The translations under genes were made by a program, and so were the position numbers. 64,000 nucleotides of DNA, taken from NCBI GenBank assembly GCA_964016885.1, contig OZ024757.1, forward strand, positions 620,001-684,000, given 5' to 3'. This stretch comes from Eledone cirrhosa (Eukaryota). Below, piece by piece: positions 56,340 to 64,000 of the stretch; the stretch's first letter is position 1, and each line of letters begins with the position of its first letter. Below the pieces are notes generated by a model. That model saw only the letters and a list, made by a program, of their open reading frames with translations, searched no databases and was not told where the DNA came from.

Positions 56340-58640
56340 GCTACTAATACTAACTACTATACTGTACATTATGTAATGTAGTCATAGATACACTCTGTCT
56401 AATAGCCAGTAATTCTAACTACTGTACATTAGGTAATGTAGTCCTAGATACACTATGTCTGATATCCACTAATACTAACTACTGTACTGCACATTAGACA
56501 ATGTAGTCCTAGATACACTATGTCTGATAGTCACTAATACTAACTACTGTACTGTACATTAGATAATGTAGTTCTAGATACACTATGTCTGATAGTCACT
56601 AATACTAACTACTGTACTATACATTAGATAATGTAGTTCTAGATACACTATGTCTGATAGTCACTAATACTAACTACTGTACTGTACATTAGATAATGTA
56701 GTTCTAAATACACTATGTCTGATAGTCACTAATACTAACTACTGTACTGTACATTAGATAATGTAGTTCTAGATACACTGTCTGATAGTCACTAATACTA
56801 ACTACTGTACTGTACATTAGACAATGTAGTCCTAGATACACTATGTCTGATAGTCACTAATACTAACTACTGTACTGTACATTAGATAATGTAGTTCTAA
56901 ATACACTATGTCTGATAGTCACTAATACTAACTACTGTACTGTACATTAGATAATGTAGTTCTAGATACACTGCCTGATAGTCACTAATATTAACTACTG
57001 TACTGTACATTAGACAATGTAGTCCTAGATACACTATGTCTGATAGTCACTAATACTAACTACTGTACTGTACATTAGATAATGTAGTTCTAAATACACT
57101 ATGTCTGATAGTCACTAATACTAACTACTGTACTGTACATTAGATAATGTAGTTCTAGATACACTATGTCTGATAGTCACTAATACTAACTACTGTACTG
57201 TACATTAGACAATGTAGTCCTAGATACACTATGTCTGATAGTCACTAATACTAACTACTGTACTCTACATTAGATAATGTAGTTCTAGATACACTATGTC
57301 TGATAGTCACTAATACTAACTACTGTACTGTACATTAGATAATGTAGTCCTAGATACAGTATGCCTGAAATCAACTAATACTAACTACTGTACATTAGAC
57401 AATGTAGTTCTAGATACACTATGTCTGATAGTCACTAAAACTAACTACTGTACTGTACATTAGATAATGTAGTTCTAGATACACTGTCTGATAGTCACTA
57501 ATACTAACTACTGTACTGTACATTAGACAATGTAGTCCTAGATACATTATGTCTGATAGTCACTAATACTAACTACTGTACTGTACATTAGATAATGTAG
57601 TTCTAGATACACTATGTCTGATAGTCACTAATACTAACTACTGTACTGTACATTAGATAATGTAGTTCTAAATACACTATGTCTGATAGTCACTAATACT
57701 AACTACTGTACTGTACATTAGATAATGTAGTTCTAGATACACTATGTCTGATAGTCACTAATACTAACTACTGTACTGTACATTAGACAATGTAATCCTA
57801 GGTACACTATGTCTGATAGTCACTAATACTAACTACTGTACTGTACATTAGATAATGTAGTCCTAGATACAGTATGCCTGAAATCAACTAATACTAACTA
57901 CTGTACATTAGACAATGTAGTTCTAGATACACTATGTCTGATAGTCACTAAAACTAACTACTGTACTGTACATTAGATAATGTAGTCCTAGATACAGTAT
58001 GCCTGATAGCCACTAATACTAACTACTGTACTGTACATTAGATAATGTAGTCCTAGATACACTATGTCTAATAGCCACTAATTCTAACTACTATACATTA
58101 GGTAATGTAGTCCTAGATACACTGTCTAATAGCCACTAATTTTAACTACTGTACATGAGGTAATGTAGTTGTAGCAGGAGTTGCCTCCCTTGTTGTGACA
58201 CTCACACACCCAATAGACAGGAAGTAGAACCCTTTCTGTAACTTCCGGTCAGAACCCAATAAAACTAACAACGTTAAGCTCTCTATCTCTCATTCGCCTT
58301 TTCTGTCAGGAGCCTCCTGGCTTTCGCCAGGAGTCTTCACTCAGGCGTGTGTAACCCTGGCAACCAAGCGGTAACTAATAACTTTGTTTCATTCTTTCAT
58401 CTACTCATTGACATGTCAACTATATTGCTCTATATATCCACAAATTGTTTATTAAATATTATACACACAAACCACGTCTCCTTGTTACATTCATACACAC
58501 CAGTATTCTGTTATATAGTCCTAGATACACTATGTCTAATAGCCACTAATTCTAACTACTGTACATTAGATAATGTTGTCCTACATACACTATGTCTGAT
58601 AGCCACTAAACTAACTACTTTACTAGTCCTGATAGACACT
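56340..58640. repeat. 65-bp satellite array (~30 units), interrupted near its right end
   Basis: Unit ACTAATACTAACTACTGTACTGTACATTAGATAATGTAGTTCTAGATACACTATGTCTGATAGTC; period 65 (56533, 56598), with shorter variant units. Confidence 0.97.
58170..58515. mobile_element. Solo LTR (346 bp) with 4-bp TSD
   Basis: TAGT|TGTAGCAGGA...TTCTGTTATA|TAGT; termini are inverted (7/10); the satellite unit resumes in register; internal AATAAA. Confidence 0.75.
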
Positions 58641-58659
58641 AGTATATACGTAGTTCTCG

Positions 58660-58895
58660 GGGAGATTCAGCAAGTGTGACATGGCTTCCCTTTGAAATAC
58701 ATGTAGAATCCATCTTATATTATAATGTGTCTGAATATGTTATAGACATTGTTCTCAGGGAGATTTTTCTTGCCAGCTAGGTAAAATGAAACAATGAGAA
58801 ATAAAGTGTCTTGTTCAAGGCCCCAACGTACTGACCGTCCAGGCCGGGATTCGAACTCACGAACCATACGTTCGTGAACTACGCGCTATCACCGC
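58660..58895 (-). mobile_element. tRNA-derived SINE fragment
   Basis: Minus strand GAGTTCGAATCCC (B box) followed by CCTTGAACAAGACACTTTATTTC. Confidence 0.65.
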
Positions 58896-58999
58896 GTAAA
58901 TCCGGTTTCCTCCGCACAAAATATACCGGAATTACTTAATCCGGATTAATTAACGAACAAGAATTAAAATAAGTCTCTGAGAGTGATCTCCCTTGGCCG

Positions 59000-59500
59000 A
59001 CTTTAACATTTTTTTCATGTCCGACGGAAAGACTCTGGAGGTTTTACATGTCTTCGGTTTAATTAATGAGGAATTTTGTGGTATTTATAACAATTATTAA
59101 TTATTTCATTACTAAAGTTTTTAATTGTGAATTATTTTATTTGTAACTTAACATGTGATTCTTGTATAAATTTGTTGGAAGATTTTAATATAATTATGAA
59201 CCCTGTATTTCAATTAATTATGAAGAATTTTGAGCGATTTATCAATTGTTAGTTAATTGCTAACATAATAACTTAACATGTGATTGTTATATAGAATTTC
59301 GGGAGAAGACTTTAATTTAAAGAGGAACTATTTCCATAGAACGAGAACCAATTTTAGCTGGGTTTGTACCAAAAAGGTTAATGAAGAATTTTGAACAATT
59401 TACTAAAATTATTAATTATTTACTAAGATAGTAATTTAAAATATGGTTCCTATATAAAATTATGTTGGAAGATTTTAACTGAAATAGGAACCCTTTTAAA
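59000..59500. repeat. AT-rich degenerate ~120-bp direct repeats, possibly a non-autonomous DNA transposon
   Basis: TTAATGA.GAATTTTG..., TAACTTAACATGTGATT and TTGGAAGATTTTAA recur; AAAGGTTAA at ~59373-59381. Confidence 0.4.
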
Positions 59501-59802
59501 TGGGTGGATTTGTTTCATTGAACCAGAATCTGTATTTGGTACAGAAAGCGTTATCTATATATATAATTAGAGAACAAAGAATCAGTGTTGCAGCATATGT
59601 ATATTTAAAGACATTACGTATGTTTCACTGCCGATCAGCTCAAGGAACGTCCAAATGTTGCTGAATTGTTAGACACTGGGTTTGTTATTTTAAGTAGCTA
59701 CAGACTTTGTTAGCAGAAATGTGTCATGGTCGATTTTATCTTGCTAAATTGTGTTTGGTCAAACCTCTGGGGATAGGAGACATAGAATATTACTACTACT
59801 AA

Positions 59803-59841
<39 letters not shown>

Positions 59842-59846
<5 letters not shown>

Positions 59847-60193
59847 GCCCTCCCCCGGTATTTGCAGGGGTTGCATTCCTGGGGCACCCGTGAAGAGTGA
59901 AAAACCTCGAATATTGGACGTGCTCCATAAAAATGCCTATAAACCTCAAAATACAGCGTAAAATATAATGAAATTAGAGAGAGGGCGTCTTATGCAAAGG
60001 GGCGTCCAATAGGCCGACAAATACGGTATATTGTTATTAATAATTTAGCGTTAAAATTATATTGCCATGAAGAAAGCTAAAAGCTATAAAAAAATCGCGG
60101 AAGATATTTACGTTTCCGTGGTTTCCACGAACAATTATTACTTAGGGTCTAAGGAAAATTCCGTGAATAACCGCGAATACCGGGGGTACACTG
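59842..60193. mobile_element. Tc1/mariner (pogo/Tigger-like) MITE
   Basis: Left CAGTTG...CCCCCGGTATTTGC; right end reverse complement CAGTGTACCCCCGGTATTCGC; TA follows the right end. Confidence 0.75.
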
Positions 60194-60264
60194 TATATCG
60201 TCGAAGATTCCGTTTGTTGTTGTATAACACATTGTGTACCATGTATACCGTGTTTCTGCTATTA

Positions 60265-60715
60265 TAAGACAGATCTTATATTAATTCATCCAACCCCGTA
60301 CCAGCACCTAGAAAAGGGACACTAGGGCTTATTTTATATATATTCTTTGGGGTTCCACATGCGGGACACGTTCCTCACCACTCTTACTAAGTCCACAATC
60401 AGTATGTTGATTTTTTTATGTGGTCCGAAACAGCTGAGTTTCAGTGGATCAGGTATTTGGAGGTCATGGGTTGGCATAATGCAAATGGAGGATTTGAGTT
60501 CTATTACTAATAGTTTCCAACCAGAGTTCTGTGTCTAGTACAGGTAATCCTTGGTTGGGGTGTTTATTTGGGTAGTCTATGGTAACTTTAATACTCTGGT
60601 GGATGGAGTTAGCTATTTGCTGGATGCTTTCCATGGTGTTCTTCTTTAATTCCCGACTGTTCTCCTGTGGGGTAGTTTTTACTACGATATTTATGTCATC
60701 TACATAGCGGAGCTA
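60265..60715 (-). mobile_element. Penelope-like element RT fragment
   Basis: Minus translation LRYVDDINIVV...IKVTIDYP...LPVLD...LHYAN resembles the PLE RT C-terminal half. Confidence 0.65.
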
Positions 60716-61129
60716 TACTAAAAATACACAGGAATTATGTACGTTGTTTGTTTGTAAAAGTAGAATTAAATTGTATTTAATAAAACTCCATGAACTTCAC
60801 TGGCTTGGTTAAGAAAGAGACCAAGAGATAGAGATTGAGTGAGAGAGAGTAAGGGTCTGTAAAACCCCAAGGGGTCTGTAGATACTGATAGTCTACATGT
60901 TTACTCTATTAAGAACTGCTGCCTCTGCTGGTCTAGGGCAGACTATTTATATCTGTCACTTCCTCAGTCCCCTGGTCGACCACTCTCAGACTTGTTTACG
61001 CCCGAAAGGAGATAATGTAGAAAATGACCGTTAAATGTCACCAAGGGGTCAAGGTGTGAGAGATTTCGCTACACATATATATATATATATTTATACCCAC
61101 ACACACATATAACAAGACAGAAGATGATA

Positions 61130-61459
61130 TTCTGGCGGTCTTCCAGTTTATTCCGAAGTCTGTACAAAAGATTTGCTGTTGTTGATTGTACAACCAAACT
61201 TAAGAGAATTTAAACACAAAACAAAGCTGTAATGGATAATTTAGCTGCTATTTCTAGCAGGTAGAGAGACTACGTAGAGGTTTTCTTATAGATATATAAT
61301 TGATATTTAATTGAGTGTTACTTTTCGATTTTCCATCAATTAAATACGATTGGAACTGTGTCTGAATGTATTAAATTATATCAGGGACTTTTAACGTTTG
61401 ACACTGTGTACCTGCCGACTTCATTATAACTTTAATTAATCTAATATATCTTGTGCTAC

Positions 61460-61518
<59 letters not shown>

Positions 61519-61790
61519 AGACAATTTTCTTTCCCTGACATCAGTCTTACACTGTCATATCTATTCTTACTTTACAATTGTGTCTACTGAGAGTTACATT
61601 ATAATCTGTAGTAGAAAAACGACTATTTCACCAGAACATCTGATATCAGTCATTTATGGACAATATATATATTTTAGACCACATATCAACCTAATATATA
61701 CATATTTCCTATTAAATCTCTAGCTAAAGACATAAATATTTTCATTATTTTTATCATTATTACCTTTTTTCCACTAATTTATTATGTTTT
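61130..61790 (+). promoter_or_regulatory. Conserved upstream block of the ZNF remnant unit
   Basis: Paralogous to 38360-39110, without the SINE. Confidence 0.5.
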
Positions 61791-61959
61791 ACATATGAGA
61801 TTATATACACATGTCAAACATATATATACATTAAATATTTTTTCTATACATAAGACCTTCCACTCTTCAAAGACCAGCTCTCTACTGAGGAGGACTTTGC
61901 CACAGTCTTCCAGGGTTTATCCAAATCGAAGCTCATCAACCGGATCTCTAAGGGAGCTC

Positions 61960-62765
61960 GGAATAGCTTTGCACTTCTCACCTCACTTCGAAATCGAGCT
62001 CAGTGCAACAGGCAACTGATAAACCTCAAGTGTGCCAAATTCAGCGAATTTGACATGAAAGGAGCTGTCCATCTCCTCTCTTCTCTGTCCTCCCTTACTC
62101 CGTGTAACTCTGATTCACTTGATAGACTGAAAGAGAAGCACCCATCGGTACCCCCATATGATCAGTTACACTGGCCTGAACCACCAGAATACTCAAGACT
62201 GGTCTACACTACTGATAACATCAGAAAGGTGATTACATCCTTCCCCACTAGTTCAGGCTCAGGATTGACGGCCTTCGACCTCAGCACCTCAAGGATGGTA
62301 TCTCCTTATCCTCCTGTGACCCCAGACTCGAGTTCTTGGAGAATCTGACTCAGTTTGTGAATCAGTTCTCTTCAGTGAACGTACTCCCCTATATCTCCCC
62401 ACTGTTCTTCGGTGCCAAATTATTCGGTCTCACTAAACCCAACAGAGACCTGCGCCCCATTGTGGCTGGGTGCATCCTTCGTTGTCTCACTGCAAAGGTG
62501 TGTTTGCTATCGCTCTGACTCACTGTCAGAGGAAATTTCCACCATCCCGCTAGGGGTTTGTACCAAGCTGGGATGTGAGGCTGCTCCCCACACTACCAGA
62601 GCCTTTACCAACTTGCCTTCCTTGTCCCCCAGGGTCATCCCCAAACTTGACCACAAGAACACATTCAACTCCGTCAGCTGCAATGTCATCCTCAGCTCAG
62701 TAAGAGAGAAGGTCCCACAACTCTACCACTTTGCTTGAGAGGCTTATCGGGAGCCCTCCTACCTC
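61960..62765 (+). mobile_element. CRE-clade-like non-LTR RT fragment (frameshifted)
   Basis: SFP.SSGSG.DGLRPQHLKD, FFGAKLFGLTKP..DLRPI..G..LR.L.AK, LGV....GCEAA.H, KLD.KNTFNSVS. Confidence 0.7.
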
Positions 62766-63074
62766 TCTTTATATGTGTATATATGTTAAACTGTTTGTAT
62801 ACACGCATTATACAAGCTGCTCCTTGTTTTCAGGGAAAAGCCTATAGTAGATAGCAGTGGTTGTGGCTCCCTGAACTTTTTCTATTCCATGTTCACTCAG
62901 ACTACTGTACTTACAGAACACCTACCTCCGCTGCTGATTTGGTCACCAAGGTAGCAGGAGCTGTCTACTTCTATGGAACCCCCCAAGAATTTGATAGAGC
63001 TTCTTTCCTGTGGCCATTTGTTGCCTACTGACCCTGTGCAATGACCACATGTAAAACATATGTTGTTAGCTAAA

Positions 63075-63646
<572 letters not shown>

Positions 63647-63659
63647 TAAATATGTGATT

Positions 63660-64000
63660 ATATGTACATCATCAACATCGTTTTTACATCTGTTTTTCCT
63701 GCTTGCATGTGCTGGATGGGTCCTTCTCAACATGGCTTCTCTCACAGCAAACATTATCCATGTACATCACATGTCCATACTAAAGCAGTTTTCTCTCCTA
63801 CACACCCCTTAAGATCCCTCTTAAACCCAGCATCACCCTCAACATGTCCTTTCTCTCCCACTTCCAAGACACATCCAATGAAGCATGGTTGCTTCATTTC
63901 TCTCCAGTCCACAGCCCATGTTTCACTACTATGCAACATCACACTTTCCACACAGGCGTCATACAGTCGTATTATTGTACAGAGAGAGAAACGTTTTGTG
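63660..64000 (-). mobile_element. RTE 3' fragment, mirror of 25075-25380
   Basis: Shares diagnostic internal deletions (GSETWAV(E/D)WRE) and flanking sequence with 25075-25425. Confidence 0.85.

Noticed and set aside
58845-58895. tRNA gene
   Set aside because: A B box is present, but there is no cloverleaf and it continues into SINE body sequence.

Overview
AT-rich, repeat-dense eukaryotic DNA, most likely a coleoid cephalopod (Octopus-like); this is inferred from the [16 protein letters not shown] finger consensus and the RTE/SINE content. The window is part of a tandem C2H2 zinc-finger gene cluster. It holds three intact finger-only ORFs (10, 12 and 21 fingers, each in one large 3' exon behind the same splice acceptor) and two deleted remnants, among RTE, CR1-like, R4-like, CRE-like and Penelope-like retroelement copies, SINEs, a MITE, a solo LTR and four tandem arrays. 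The dominant structure is a giant inverted duplication: arms ~26019-36046 and ~36682-51631, a ~635-bp spacer, and a further mirrored segment at 25075-25425 vs 63619-64000. It places two ZNF paralogues head-to-head. The arms are near-identical at the centre, yet the finger arrays have been reshuffled (12 vs 21 fingers) and one arm gained a 4.1-kb CR1. Smaller highlights are a minimal hammerhead ribozyme (~21598-21644, minus), a PHD finger inside RTE reverse transcriptases, recurrent TG deletions that set ZNF C-termini, a 2262-bp higher-order satellite duplication and a cluster of perfect hairpins. All alignments and identity estimates were made by eye, and element boundaries are approximate unless junction sequences are quoted.
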